A program made the position numbers and the translations under genes. Shown piece after piece: positions 51,710 through 63,892 of a stretch of DNA of 64,000 nucleotides. A model generated the notes under the pieces. It searched no databases, was not told the DNA's origin, and saw nothing but the letters and a program-made list of their open reading frames with translations. How positions within the stretch are numbered: position 1 is the stretch's first letter; the number at the start of each line of letters is the position of its first letter. This stretch comes from Octopus sinensis. Taxonomy: Eukaryota. The stretch lies in assembly GCF_006345805.1 (NCBI RefSeq), contig NC_042998.1, positions 156,488,001 to 156,552,000 on the forward strand, written 5' to 3'.

Positions 51710-54205
51710 TCAATAAAATTTTGTTTGAAGTAAGTCAGCACTCCATATGTGAGCTGCATATTCTTTGATAGCTCGATCACTTGAGAATTTTCCACAACAA
51801 GCTATGTTCAACAGGGATTTTCTTAGCCATTCTTTAGTATTATTATAAAGATTTTCTACATCATCTTGAGCTCTAATGTAATCTTCATAATCTTCAAGAA
51901 GCAAATAATGATCACAGTGGTACAAACTATCAAAGATTTCTATAAATAGAGAGGGATTGTCAGGACTGAAGTAGCCATCTTTAATCATGTCCATTGCCCT
52001 TCTTAACTCATCATTACGATGATAATGGCGTGATGCTGTATAGCCGGATGATCTCAAATTCTTAACCTCTTCAACGCAAAGACCGAAAATAAACATATTT
52101 GTTTTTCCAACTTCTTCAGCTATTTCTACATTGGCACCATCCATTGTACCTATTGTTAATGCTCCATTGGCCATAAATTTCATGTTTCCTGTACCAGAAG
52201 CTTCTGTTCCAGCTGTTGAAATCTGTTCACTAAGATCTGTTGCAGGTATAATTTTCTCAGCCAAGGACACACAATAATTTTCTAAATAAACTATTTTAAG
52301 TTTGTTTCCTATATCAACGTCATTGTTGATAATCTTTGCCATATTATTGATAAGCTTTATAATAAGTTTAGCCATCCTGTAGCCGGGAGCGGCTTTACCA
52401 CCAATTATGACGGTACGAGGAACAACAAATTTCTTTTCGTATTTGATACGACAGTATTTTGTAACTATATGAAGACAGTTCAGTAGCTGGCGTTTATATT
52501 CGTGTATACGTTTTACATGGACATCAAATAACGATGCTATGTTTATATTAATAAGGTATTTCTCTTTTATGTATTCTGCCATTCTTTTTTTGTGTTCCAT
52601 TTTGACTTCCATTAAATCCCTTAAAATATGGCCATCATGCTCAAATTTTCTAAGGTCTCTTAAATGGCATAACTCTGTTATCCACGCATCTCCAATTCTT
52701 CCCGAAATCAAATCTGAAAGACATGGATTACTCTGAAGTATCCACCGCCTTGGTGATATTCCATTGGTTACATTTTGAAATTTGTGTGGCATCATCTCGT
52801 AGAAGTCTTTAAATAGTTCTTGTTTTAGTAAATTTGAGTGTAATGCGGCTACGCCATTAACTGCATGCGAACCGACTATACACAAATAAGCCATATTTAC
52901 TTTTTTGTAAGGCTCTTCTTCAAATATGGACAATCTCTTTATTCGATCATCATCATTCGGCCAAATTCTTGCAACTTTTTCTAAATGTAAATGATTGATA
53001 TGGTAAATAAGCTGCAGATGTCTCGGAAGTAATGTTTCCAATAATGTAACTGGCCACCGTTCAAGAGCTTCTGGCATCAATGTGTGGTTTGTATAAGCAA
53101 AAACATTGCAACTAATATCCCATGCGTCATCCCAGTCCATGCATTCATCATCAACAAGTATTCTCATAAGTTCTGGTATTGCGAATCCAGGATGGGTATC
53201 ATTCAACTGTATTGCTACTTTTTCTGGTAGTTGATAAAACATGTCTCTTCCCCTTCTTTTCCTTCCATATTTATCAGCTTTGAATCTTCTTATAATATCT
53301 TGTAAAGTTGCTGCTACTAGAAAATACTCTTGTTTGAGACGCAATTCTTGTCCTTCGAAGAAAGTGTCATTTGGATAAAGAACACTAGAAATATTTTCAG
53401 CTAAGTTTCTTTCCATAACTGCTCTGATGTAATCTCCGTTATTGAAAAATTGCAGCTGAAATTCTTTGGTACATCTAGCTGACCACAATCGCAGAGTATT
53501 TACTCTGTTGTTCTTGTAGCCAGGAATTGGATAATCATAAGGTGTTGCAATAACATTGTGTGTGTCCAGCCACTGAAAGCGACCTTCTATAACTTCCACT
53601 CTTCCCCCAAAACGAACGGGAATTCGATGTTCGGGTCGGGATTTTTCCCATGGGTTCCCGTATTCTAACCATTCATCTGCCGATTCACATTGCCATCCAT
53701 TGTTAATTTTTTGTGTAAATATTCCATAATTATAACGAATTCCGTATCCATATCCTGTTACGCCAACTGTAGCCATAGAATCCATATAACAAGCGGCTAA
53801 TCGACCAAGACCACCATTTCCTAATCCTGCCTCCTCTTCAATTTCTATGAGATTGCTCAACTTCAGATTCATTTGTCTCAAAGCTTCTTCATTAGAATAC
53901 ATATTTCCAAGACATAACATGGCGTTCTCTAAAAATTTTCCCATATAAAATTCCATAGAAAGATAATAAACCCTTTTTGGATCAGTATCATAATTAAATT
54001 GCTGAGTTCTGATCCAACGTCCGACAAGTTGATCTTTAACAGAATGGGCTAATGCTACATAATAATCTCTTCTGGTGGCTACATTTCTATCTTTCATACA
54101 TGTGAAGTGAAGATGTCGATTGAAGGATTTTTTAATGTTTTCTGTACTCATCTCGTCTGCCAGTCCTGTCATTCCACACAGTGTAATTTGCTGTTGCAAA
54201 GGCAT
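51710..54205 (-). CDS. Intronless glycogen phosphorylase (831 aa), probable retrogene/paralog
   Basis: Single uninterrupted ORF with [47 protein letters not shown] and [10 protein letters not shown] (PLP lysine), GTMDGANVE. In-frame TAA 12 nt upstream of the ATG; AATAAA about 50-65 nt after the stop. Confidence 0.96.
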   Translation of the reverse strand: MPLQQQITLCGMTGLADEMSTENIKKSFNRHLHFTCMKDRNVATRRDYYVALAHSVKDQLVGRWIRTQQFNYDTDPKRVYYLSMEFYMGKFLENAMLCLGNMYSNEEALRQMNLKLSNLIEIEEEAGLGNGGLGRLAACYMDSMATVGVTGYGYGIRYNYGIFTQKINNGWQCESADEWLEYGNPWEKSRPEHRIPVRFGGRVEVIEGRFQWLDTHNVIATPYDYPIPGYKNNRVNTLRLWSARCTKEFQLQFFNNGDYIRAVMERNLAENISSVLYPNDTFFEGQELRLKQEYFLVAATLQDIIRRFKADKYGRKRRGRDMFYQLPEKVAIQLNDTHPGFAIPELMRILVDDECMDWDDAWDISCNVFAYTNHTLMPEALERWPVTLLETLLPRHLQLIYHINHLHLEKVARIWPNDDDRIKRLSIFEEEPYKKVNMAYLCIVGSHAVNGVAALHSNLLKQELFKDFYEMMPHKFQNVTNGISPRRWILQSNPCLSDLISGRIGDAWITELCHLRDLRKFEHDGHILRDLMEVKMEHKKRMAEYIKEKYLININIASLFDVHVKRIHEYKRQLLNCLHIVTKYCRIKYEKKFVVPRTVIIGGKAAPGYRMAKLIIKLINNMAKIINNDVDIGNKLKIVYLENYCVSLAEKIIPATDLSEQISTAGTEASGTGNMKFMANGALTIGTMDGANVEIAEEVGKTNMFIFGLCVEEVKNLRSSGYTASRHYHRNDELRRAMDMIKDGYFSPDNPSLFIEIFDSLYHCDHYLLLEDYEDYIRAQDDVENLYNNTKEWLRKSLLNIACCGKFSSDRAIKEYAAHIWSADLLQTKFY

Positions 54206-54719
54206 GTTTTTTTTTTATTATTTAAGTTTTCTATTATACTTTTGTTATTAGAGTTTCTTTTCCTTTCGATTTTGTTTAAACACTCGAAATATGTAGCACG
54301 GTAAAGTCAGGATGTTTCTTTTTTGATACTGTCAACATGGCTATAAATTACATTTTATTACGTCACTGCACGGGTTTGCATAACCATTTTATGACATAAT
54401 ATTAATGGTGGATATAGATTCTGCTTTCTACCTTTATTTATGTTCAGCTTTCGTTATAAAAAAAAATAATAATTAAACACTCCACCTCTTCGATTCCCAC
54501 TTTAAAGTGGGGAATATAAAATCCTAAGGTATATTGTGGGATAATATCACTTAATCATATAATTCATCTATACAATAATGATCCAGTTTTCTTTATTTTA
54601 GGGTTCAGTGAAAATTGTTTAGGTAATCAGGATTTTATATGTAATATGACTGTGAATTCAAATTTGCTACTGGCAAATTGTTTCTATTTCTATTTCAGTT
54701 TTATACTAGGTCAATTCAC

Positions 54720-55272
54720 TTCACTATTGGGGCTATCACGAGTAGTGCGGGCAAAATCTGCATTCTCAAAATTGTGTAACATTTTGAGAAATCGTATTCC
54801 GAGCATGAAAACCAAGATCTGTATATTGAACTGCTTTGTCTACCTTGTTTTTATGTACAGAAGTAAAGCTTGGTCTATAACATCAGAAATGAGAAGGTGC
54901 TTAGAGAGCTGTGAAATGTGGTTCTTAAGGGAAATATTGAGGATAGCATAGACAGATAAAGTGTCTAATGAAGAAGAGATGACCCGAGTTGCGGTAAATA
55001 GGAAACTGCTTCGTGAGATAAGGGCCAAACAACTGAGATTTCTTGGTCATGTGATGAGGAAAGAGGGCCTGAAGAATTATGGGATGACCGGAAAGATTGG
55101 TGGGAAAAGAAGTAAACGAAGGAGAAGGATGATATGGATGTCAAGCTTGACGAACTGGTTGCAAGAAAGAGGCATTAAACATCAGGAATTGGAACTGCTA
55201 CAGAAAATAAAGAGCAGAGAATTGTGGCAGAACATGATCGCCTATGTCCTACATTCTGGATATGACACATAA
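54720..55272 (+). mobile_element. Diverged RTE-like LINE 3' fragment
   Basis: AFSKLCNIL...TKICILNCFVY..MYRSKAW...CEMWFLREILRI; QLRFLGHVMRKEGL...GKIGGKRSKRRR. Confidence 0.75.
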
Positions 55273-55423
55273 AGAAGTTATTGGGGTTACGTACGCATTT
55301 ACCTGGGAATGCTGGCTGCAAAAAAATTGTATATAAATTCTAGATGGTAATTTATATTTCACATTTGTATCATGCCATGAAACCAGAGTGACATGCTATT
55401 GACATTTCTGCGGGTTTGAAGTC

Positions 55424-56035
55424 ACCCAAAGTTACAATACTTCTTTCCTTTTCATCTGCCACTTGTATTCTTAGCATCAATGCCTCTGAAGATGATACAG
55501 TTCGACAATCATCTTAATCTTCTCCTCAATTTATTATTTCTTTCGTAAATAGGTCTACGAATTCTGTTTTGTCAGCGTCAAAATACCCACTTCTTCGCAT
55601 CTTTTATGATGATCGAGTATCGTATAATAGCGGAAAAACGCATAAACGGTGTTCAGATTCAAAATTGACGAATTAGTGAAATGTGCTTTTGTCGACTCTT
55701 CGTTAACCACATCATCTTTATACCTTCAACATTGCAAAACATAATTGAATTTACAGAACTTTACCGGCAATAGTAAAAATTATTTTCATCCCAGTATAAT
55801 CCATCTTTGAATAGTGCTTTTTCGATATTCACTCTATCAACTAAAACAGATTTCACCCAGAGTTACAATACTTTTTTCCTTCTCATCTGCCACTTGTATT
55901 CTTAGCATCAATGTCTCCGGTGTTCAGATTCAAAATTGACGAATTAGTAAAATGTGCTTTTGTTGACTCTTCGTTAACCACATCATCTTTATACCTTCAA
56001 CATTGCAAAACATCATTAAATTTACGGAATTTTAA
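55424..56035. repeat. Imperfect tandem duplication (period about 430 bp), second copy internally deleted
   Basis: gttacaatac..catctgccacttgtattcttagcatcaatg at about 55431 and 55862; ggtgttcagattcaaaattgacg.. at about 55648 and 55919. Confidence 0.8.
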
Positions 56036-56059
56036 TCCGATGCAGTTGCTGAAATTATA

Positions 56060-56930
56060 GAGGGTGTTCGGGCTAAACATGACAGTTTGCTTAAAAGGTA
56101 AAGAAAACACAATATCCTATCCAAAAATAAAAGTATCTTAAAATATATATTTAAAAAATATCAACTAGATTAAAGTGGGAGATAACAGTTTACTCAAACT
56201 AACCTCCCTCAGCTTCCACTACAGTCTCATGATAACTCCGTTTCTCACTGCATCCTTGGGAAGATCTTCGAACACCTTGATCTTGCCCAGCTCGGCCTTG
56301 GTGTCGTAGGCAGAGCGGTTGGTGTCTTTCACACTTAGTAATCTTTAGAATTACAATCGGAGGAATAAGGAAGCTAGAAATGGGGACTGGTGAAATGGTA
56401 GAAACTCTCTGACAACCACTTATGATCTTTCAGGAGGTATGGCTGGAAACCGAATCCTACGGTTATATATATGACTTTCCAACAGCAACCCATCTCTAGT
56501 CAGAAATTGACCACTATCTTCAGCAGCTTCACATAGCCGTCTGAAAATAGCCTAAGGCTCTGTTCAAAGATGTGGGGATGAATTCTGATACGCGGCCACA
56601 GTTAGAACGCCTACTGTGTCCCAGTTGGCCACGAGTTCGCAGTCTCCGTTGCCTCTATCCATATCATATCTTATAGCTTTTACAGTGTACACAGAGCATT
56701 AAACAGCAGTCATAACATTGGCATTTTGACGCCCGGCGCGAATCATGATGTCACAGGTAACTCTTCCAATATTCAAATGGCTTCTAGTTCTCCATATCAG
56801 ATAACTTTTTGCCAACTCCAACTTGAATGTTCATGCTTTCCAATGCCGCTGACTGCTCACCAATACGTCAAAATGTTCTCGAAAAAAGGAGACATAAAAA
56901 AAAATCGTCAAATTTAGCTCGAACACCCTG
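56060..56930 (-). mobile_element. Tc1/mariner (maT-like) deletion derivative
   Basis: TIRs agggtgttcgggctaaa/tttagctcgaacaccctg with TA flanks; minus-strand remnant KWLSESFYHFTSPHF*LPYSSDCNSKDY...DTNRSAYDTKAEL. Confidence 0.78.
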
Positions 56931-58469
56931 TACAGGGCCAAACTGAGTAAGATAATACAAGTCACTCAACAAATATACATTAGAGTGTATTCATAAATAA
57001 GGGAAAACACTTGCCTGTTTGTCATGAACTTCCTTCAGGCAATATTTTCCTAAAACTTATCTTTCCCAGTATTTATCTTCGGCGTACATACTTGCCCTCT
57101 CAAAATTCTTTTTCCAACCATTCTATGTGATTTTATCATTAGCACTTCAAGAATAGGTATAGTGACAGACACGTTTAAATTGGGTTATTGAGAATTTGTG
57201 GCGTTCATACCTGTGCCGGATAGTGGTGTAGTGCTAAAAAAAAATTGCAGAAACGCAGCTTGAAAGTGTTTTTTCAGATGGAAATGAGGAGCAACGCAAG
57301 AGCAGCGAACCCATAAAGTTGTTATGGAAGGCAATGTAAGCTCAGGTAAATATTTTATTAAACTGATTTTAGTGGTAGATGGAAAGAGGTGAATCGAATC
57401 CCTTTGCTGCACTTTCAAACTTGCTGGGTTTGCAGCGAATCTGTACCACTGCGTAACATCCCATGTCTTACGGGATGATAGAGCGTTTATACCGTCGATT
57501 GAAAGCAGCTCTACGCGCTTATATCGAGTCAGACGCTTGGTTAGAAGTTTTACTAATTGTTTTATTGGAGCTTCGATCAGTTGTCAAGAAAGTATTAGGT
57601 TTTTCACCGGCGGAATTACTTTAAGGCACCCATCTTATTTTACCTGGACAGAGGTCACAAATACAACTGCACTTTATCGAAACTTCGATCCAGCAGATTA
57701 TGTTTATCGTTTGCAAAAATACATAATGGAATTACCCCGTTTGGTAACCAAGTCACAATCAAATCTTTTGTTCCACCGGATATTCATAAATACACTCAGT
57801 GTAAACAGTTTGAAACTTCGTATACTGGTGGAATTTCTCACCCAGAACACAGTTTACTTTGAACATTTTTGACAAAATTTCGTATTTTAGAAGTTATTTC
57901 GTGTTAAAGTTGTCGTAGAACAACTTCCGGATCATCTCTACTCAATGTCACCACTCTGTTCTATTCGTATGTCGAACGAAGACGATGCCATCTTTATCCT
58001 TTCTTCCTTTCTAGTCAGTACCATACATTCCTTACTTTTTCCCTCCATACTGGCGTGCTTTTCTTTGCTTGTAAGAGTTATTGTGAATTTTGGCTACACT
58101 ATATTTCGTGTTTTCTTTCGCGAGAATCTCACAGGTTCCAGGGTGACATAACGAGACTAAATTCATAATTGCATGTTTTAGACTTGAGTAATCCAAAAAA
58201 GGCTCCACGCGTAATTCTCTAATGATTGGTCATGTGACGTTGAAATATTTGGTTAAGTCCCACATTTGGATTGGTCTTGTTTTACGCGGGATACGGAACT
58301 CGTATCCGAACGGGGGCGGGGGAGAGGACTCGGAAAATTCACACCTATTGCACTCTTTTCTTCTTTTTTTGTTTTCGCTCGGGTCAAACACTGGAGTTTG
58401 ACCGAATAATATGGCAGTCGAAACTCTCCACTTACAATAGGACAATATTCCACAATGCATTTGAAGTTC

Positions 58470-58995
58470 TTGTACTGATTCCAACATTTTGGATACTTGA
58501 CTGGTCTGTAGAGAAAATCCACTTCATGGACGTTAAAACCCTTAAGATTCTAGCATCAACTGGAAATCTCCACAGAAATAAGGATATCGACAGGCTCTAT
58601 CTAAGAGAAGATAAAAGAGGTGGAGGTTTGAAATCAGCGCAGACAGCCTTCGAATGTCGTTCAGGTAGCACTTGCTAAACAACAGCAGCAAAAGTAAATA
58701 CATTAACTTAGCGCTGAAAAGTAAAGAAAATAGTATCCCACGTGTTGGCAGCGGGCTTCTTAGGAAACACGTTTTTCCTGATGACCTCCCATACAACCCC
58801 CAAATTAGCCGGACTAGCATACCTCAAAGAAGACCTGGATATGAAACGCTCAGTATACCGAAATGACCATATTTCCCGAAGACTTGAAGAGGACAGAAAT
58901 ATTGACATGAAGCGCAGCCTTTCTTGGACTCGTGACCACTACATCAGATCACACTTCGAAGGTTATGCATTTGCAATTCGAGAACAGGAGATTAC
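58470..58995 (+). mobile_element. R4/Dong-like (REL clade) non-LTR fragment
   Basis: WSVEKIHFMDVKTLKIL...HRNKDIDRLYLREDKRGGGLKS and FEGYAFAIREQEITT resemble post-RT motifs of R4-type elements. Confidence 0.6.
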
Positions 58996-59002
58996 TACGA
59001 AA

Positions 59003-59378
59003 TCTTTATATATAAAAGTCAAGTTGTGTGTCTGTCTCCTACGATTTAGATTCCTAACTACTCCCACATTTTGCGGGGCAGTTTAACCAAAACCGGGTAT
59101 CTTATAGTCGTGATTCATATCGAGCCCTTCTGGGTATTAGCGCGCGTCTACGATGAGTCTACGATTTTTAAAAAGATTTACCATCATTTTTTTCCATTTT
59201 AATGCATTTTTTCGCTATTATATAAGGGCAGTAACTCTCTAAAAATGTCTACGATGAGTCAACGATTTAAAAAAAAAATTACCATATTTTTTTTTCCATT
59301 TTTAATGCATTTTTTGCTATTTTTTGGCTATAACTCTCTAAAAATGCTTATATAGTTATTTCCCTTACAAACCCGAGC
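59003..59378 (+). mobile_element. 3'-truncated non-autonomous Helitron-like element
   Basis: a|tctttatatataaaag start, internal gtctacgatgagtc duplication, and an end at cccgagcaac (half of the terminal hairpin). Confidence 0.65.
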
Positions 59379-60350
59379 AACATTGATTGTAACTAACAAT
59401 CAGTTATTCTCTGAGGTAATAAATGAAAAGGTTTATATTTCAAGGTTATACTTTTTAAATAATTGTACAGTTATATATTTTCTTTAGTTTTATGCATCTC
59501 ACTTTTAATTATATGTAATTTTATCTATACTTTTGTAAAAATTCTGATACCAGATTATGGTTTAAATGCAAGCGTTCCTTATTCTTCTCATTAAGATAGG
59601 AGAAAATAAAAACCAAATGCACCATGATTTAGCGAAAGTGAACACTAACTTATCGTTACATTTCTTTGCTCTTTGGGTGTTGCCAAATATCCTCATAAAA
59701 ATTGTTAAATGTTGTTTAGATGAGGTTCGATGGGGGTAGGTTTGCTGAAATAAATAAGTTCAGTTACTCTGAGAAGTGGCTTTTCAACTAGGTTTAGAGT
59801 TTGGTCAGCGAAAAGTGTCAGTACGGTGACGTTAGTGAAATTCGCGTACCGCGCTGATAAAAAGTGTTCTAACATATTTTGGGTAGTGCTTACCATAAAT
59901 ATAAGTTAAAAGGGATGATTTCAGTGGCGTAGCAAGAGAAGCCAATAGTCTCATCCTTCGTTGATAGGGAGTAAACCGTTACATTTCAAAAAGTGGGGTA
60001 GATCACAAGTGCAAAATATAAAAAAGAAAGAAAATGGCCCACACAAATTCTTCGGCTTCGTGCTTCATCCTACACCGTAACAGAAATACAGGGACCGTGA
60101 AGCAATAATTAACGCTAAGTAACTGCTGCTAATCCATATTTAAATTCGAATTCGTGCTCAAAAGGAAAGCATTGATGTGCTTCGAAAGGTTAACTTAGCT
60201 CAGATTAGGTTAAGTTATCCCAACTTAGTTTAGCTTAAATGGACGTTTTCTCATTATAATTATAAATCCAACAAGCGCGTTTTAAATTAAAACAGCCGAA
60301 TGCGACAAGAATGCTTAGTACAAGTTTTAAAACTACATTTTCTTTGTATT

Positions 60351-60557
60351 TGTTATGTGTAGTTTGTGTTCAAATGGGATAGACAACCAAATGAAAGCCA
60401 TTGTTATTGTTTACGTGTTTATTTACTATTCATGTTACACGGACTCGACATTCAGCGTAGTAATACATTATATAATTTACACACAGTTTGTACTATTCAC
60501 TAACAAAATAGTGCCAAGAGTGGGGATGCACGTATACACACATATGAATGTGTAACA
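60351..60557 (-). repeat. 3' LTR (207 bp)
   Basis: TGTTA...TAACA termini; adjacent to the PPT; matches 63893-64000. Confidence 0.92.
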
Positions 60558-60569
60558 TCCCTTCTTCTT
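60558..60569 (-). promoter_or_regulatory. Polypurine tract
   Basis: AAGAAGAAGGGA immediately before the 3' LTR on the minus strand. Confidence 0.85.
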
Positions 60570-60982
60570 GAAAAAAATAAAGGGGTCTTCTGGCAGTGAA
60601 GACAATTATGAGTAGTCTCCCTTACTCTATGGATTGTCAGCCTGAGGTGGCAATCCTACAGCAGAAATCGTGAGATTATTCTGCCTCTGCTTTGTAGTCT
60701 AGCTGAATTAGTTACTTATCTTCTCATTTTCTTTTTTTTTTTTCTTTAACGGTATCGAATCGGTGGCAGAATGTTCTTTCTCCATCTGGTGGATCTTGTG
60801 CTTCGCACCGGTGTCTTAGGTGTGTTGTTGGGCTGCTGATGGGTGGTTTGTGCCCGTTGGGGTGATGATTCTGTAGGTGTTGTCACTGATGCAGCAGGTG
60901 TTGTATACGTTGTCTTCGACAGCTTTGGTGTTGGGCGGATATGGGCCCTGTTGCGTCTCAGCTGCCTACCAGATTCCGTTTC

Positions 60983-61094
60983 TTTTTTTTTTTTTTCTAG
61001 TTTCAGCTCAGAGCTGCGGCCATGCTGATGCACCGCCGTTTAAAAAATTTGGAACGCTTCACGAATGTGCGTGTCATCCTTGCGCAGGTGCCAC

Positions 61095-61132
<38 letters not shown>

Positions 61133-61145
61133 ATTGCCGAAGCAA
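60983..61145 (-). pseudogene. U6 snRNA retrocopy fused to a CR1/SINE-type 3' tail + poly(A)
   Basis: Minus strand: ttgcttcggcaatacatatactaaaattggaacgatACAGAGAagattagcgtggcacctgcgcaaggatgacacgcacattcgtgaagcgttccaaatttttt + aaacggcggtgcatcagcatggccgcagctctgagctgaaactag + An. Confidence 0.95.
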
Positions 61146-62144
61146 TATTATATATGATCTTGGAGTTTCAGCTCTACTGACAACCTGTGCTGGGATCCAT
61201 GTTTTAGTTATGGGATCTTGAGTATGCACATGTTGTCCTCCAAGTATCTCAGGTAAATACTGTTCATGTTTGTTGTAATACCTCTGTGATTGTTCTTGAG
61301 TGGCTGCTAGCTTTGCCCTTGTCTCTTCCTGGTCAATTGGAGGTTGGATCTTAGTTGGCAGGGTAGTTTTGTACTTCCTGCCATTCAGCATTTCTGCTGG
61401 GGATTTCATATCAGCTCTCAGTGGTGTCGCTCGTTGGGACAGAAGTACCAGGTGTGGGTCTTCCTTAGTCTCTCAGCATTTGACTAGTGTTCTCTTCACT
61501 GTCTGCACCTGTCTTTCTATAAACCCATGACCTTTGGGGTAGTGTGGAGATGAGGTTGTGACATTGAACCCATACTCATCGGCTAGCTTTTTGAATTCTT
61601 GTGATGTGAACTGCGTTCCATTGTCACATATGATCTGCTCTGGTATTCCTTGCTCTGCTAGAAGTCCTCGAGCCACTGTAGTGATTGTTTTGGCTGTCAG
61701 GTCTTTCACTTTTCTCACAAATGGAAATTTGGAGTAGTAGCAGGCCATTATCAAATACCATTCTTGGCCCTCTGTGAACAGATCTACTCCAATAGTTTGC
61801 CATGGCCTTCTTGGGATGTCACTAGATATCATTTCCTCCTTTTGTTGTGAGTTTCTGTACTTTTGACAGATGTGGCATGTAGAAACTGTCTTTTCTATGT
61901 CTTTGTACATGCCTGCCCAATATACTGCTGACTTGGCTCGGAGCTTGCATTTCTCCATTCCTAGATGCCCTTGGTGGATCTTGTAAAGAATCTCCTTTTG
62001 CATTGACTTAGGTATAATGATTCGGGATCCATCCATCAGGATTCCATTCTCCACTGATATATCATCATGGATGGCTCAATATTCACGAATTAGGGGCTGC
62101 ACCTGATGTCTCTTTTCTGGCCACCCCTGAATCACCATCTGAGT

Positions 62145-62722
62145 AAGGAACTGAAGTTCTTCATCTTTGCTGGTCTCCTCTTTGATTTCTGCTAGCTTTG
62201 TGGTTGTCACATTTACAATGTGGTGGACCTTTTTGCTTAGTCCTTCCATCTCCTGTTTGTTTGTGATTGGTGGTCGGTCTTTGATAGGCATATCACTGTC
62301 AATCCTGCTTGGCGCTGCTTTCACTTCAGCATTGATTGATACAATATTTAACCTCATGCAGGTATCGAGTCCAAGAATTGCTGGCCCTTCTGTTCTTGTG
62401 ACATAAAAAGAACACTTAATTATTTTTTCCCTTTGTGTGTCCCTGTGATAGTTGTTTTACCCAGTTGTGGAATCCTGGTACCTCCGCAATTCTTGGACTC
62501 GATACCTGCAGGAGGTTAAATATTGTATCAATCAATGCTGAAGTGAAAGCATCGCCAAGCAGGATTGACAGTGATATGCCTATCAAAGACCGACCACCAA
62601 TCACAAACAAACAGGAGATGGAAGGACTAAGCAAAAAGGTCCACCACATTGTAAATGTGACAACCACAAAGCTAGCAGAAATCAAAGAGGAGACCAGCAA
62701 AGATGAAGAACTTCAGTTCCTT
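62145..62722. repeat. 237-bp inverted duplication (62145-62381 / 62486-62722)
   Basis: The arms differ at only two positions that I could see; 104-bp spacer. Confidence 0.93.
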
Positions 62723-63879
62723 CTTTGGCTTTATCCTCTTTTGTCATGTGATGTGGGAACATCTTTTTGTAGAGGTTGACAGGTAAGATATCACTCTGGG
62801 CTCCAGTGTCAATCTTTAGCCTTAAGTCTATGTTTATTCTTTTCCTTCCGGCCTTCTTTTGAATTCTTATTGTCGTGTATGCTTCATCTTTTTTCTTCCG
62901 GTCGTCCTTTCCCATCTCATGCACATTTATTGTGCCGACTGCCAAGAATTCCTCCTCTGAGGTGTTTTGTTCCTGTTGTTGTGCATGTATATCTCTTCTA
63001 TTTCTGCTCCTCTTTGAAAATTGGGGCTTGTTTTTCTGGAATTTTATTAGCCTACACATTTTTTCCCAGAGGTTAAGTTTTCTACATGCTTTGCAGTGTG
63101 TACCGAATGCAGGACATTTCTCTCGGTTATTGAATTCATGCTCCATACCATAGTACTGGCATGTTCTTTGTTTGCGGGTATCTTTCGTCCTATGCCTAGA
63201 TACAATATCTACACTGCTGCCTAGTGAGCTTGTTTGTAAGCTAAGTGAGGCCATTTGTTTAATAGTAGCTTCGAATGCTCTTGCAGTGTCTATTGCTTCT
63301 ATCAACTGGAGAGCGTCCTTACCTATGAGGGATTTCTGAACTTCCTTATGAGCACACCCCCATTCTTTCGTCCTTATCTTTGAATTTGCATTTTTCGGCA
63401 ACATTCTTTAGTCTGGACAGGAAATTGTCAATCGTTTCTTGTGGGTCTTGTTTCAGGCCCTGGAATTCGTATCTGTGAATTCTATGGTTCGATCTGGGCT
63501 CTAGGTGCCTTTCGAATTTCTCCAAAAGTGTTTCTGGGTTATTGCAGTCCGATTCTGACATATCCCAGCTATTGAATAGGTATATTCCTTTATTGCCTGA
63601 CCATAAGAGGATATAGCTTACCTTCTCATCATCAGTTGTGCCTTTCAGGAAACTTTTGAAAGCCAGTTGAGTTTTCTGTTTGAATTTTTTAAATGCTTCT
63701 ACGACAATAAACGGAATCCCAATTCATAATCGGATGTAGATTCATCTGTACGGCGACGGGGGTCGCCATCTTGGATCGTCGTGTATGTTGTCCGAAGAAG
63801 ATGCGATGTTTTGTTTGTTAATTTCTGGTTCGTTGTGTTTATGTTTCGTTGTAAAGGCACAGTTTCCGATTAATTATTT

Positions 63880-63892
63880 ACCGCTGCCACCA
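63880..63892 (-). promoter_or_regulatory. Primer-binding site, tRNA-Leu-like
   Basis: TGGTGGCAGCGGT directly after the 5' LTR end, complementary to the usual tRNA-Leu 3' end (ACCGCUGCCACCA). Confidence 0.8.

Noticed and set aside
51102-54511. CCACTTT...AAAGTGG palindromes on both sides of the phosphorylase gene (51102-51123, 54496-54511)
   Set aside because: They are short, AT-rich and differently spaced, with no TSD or extended homology; probably chance.
60983-61148. Functional U6 gene
   Set aside because: It is embedded in Gypsy coding sequence with no upstream PSE/TATA context and ends in a LINE tail plus poly(A), so it is a retrocopy.
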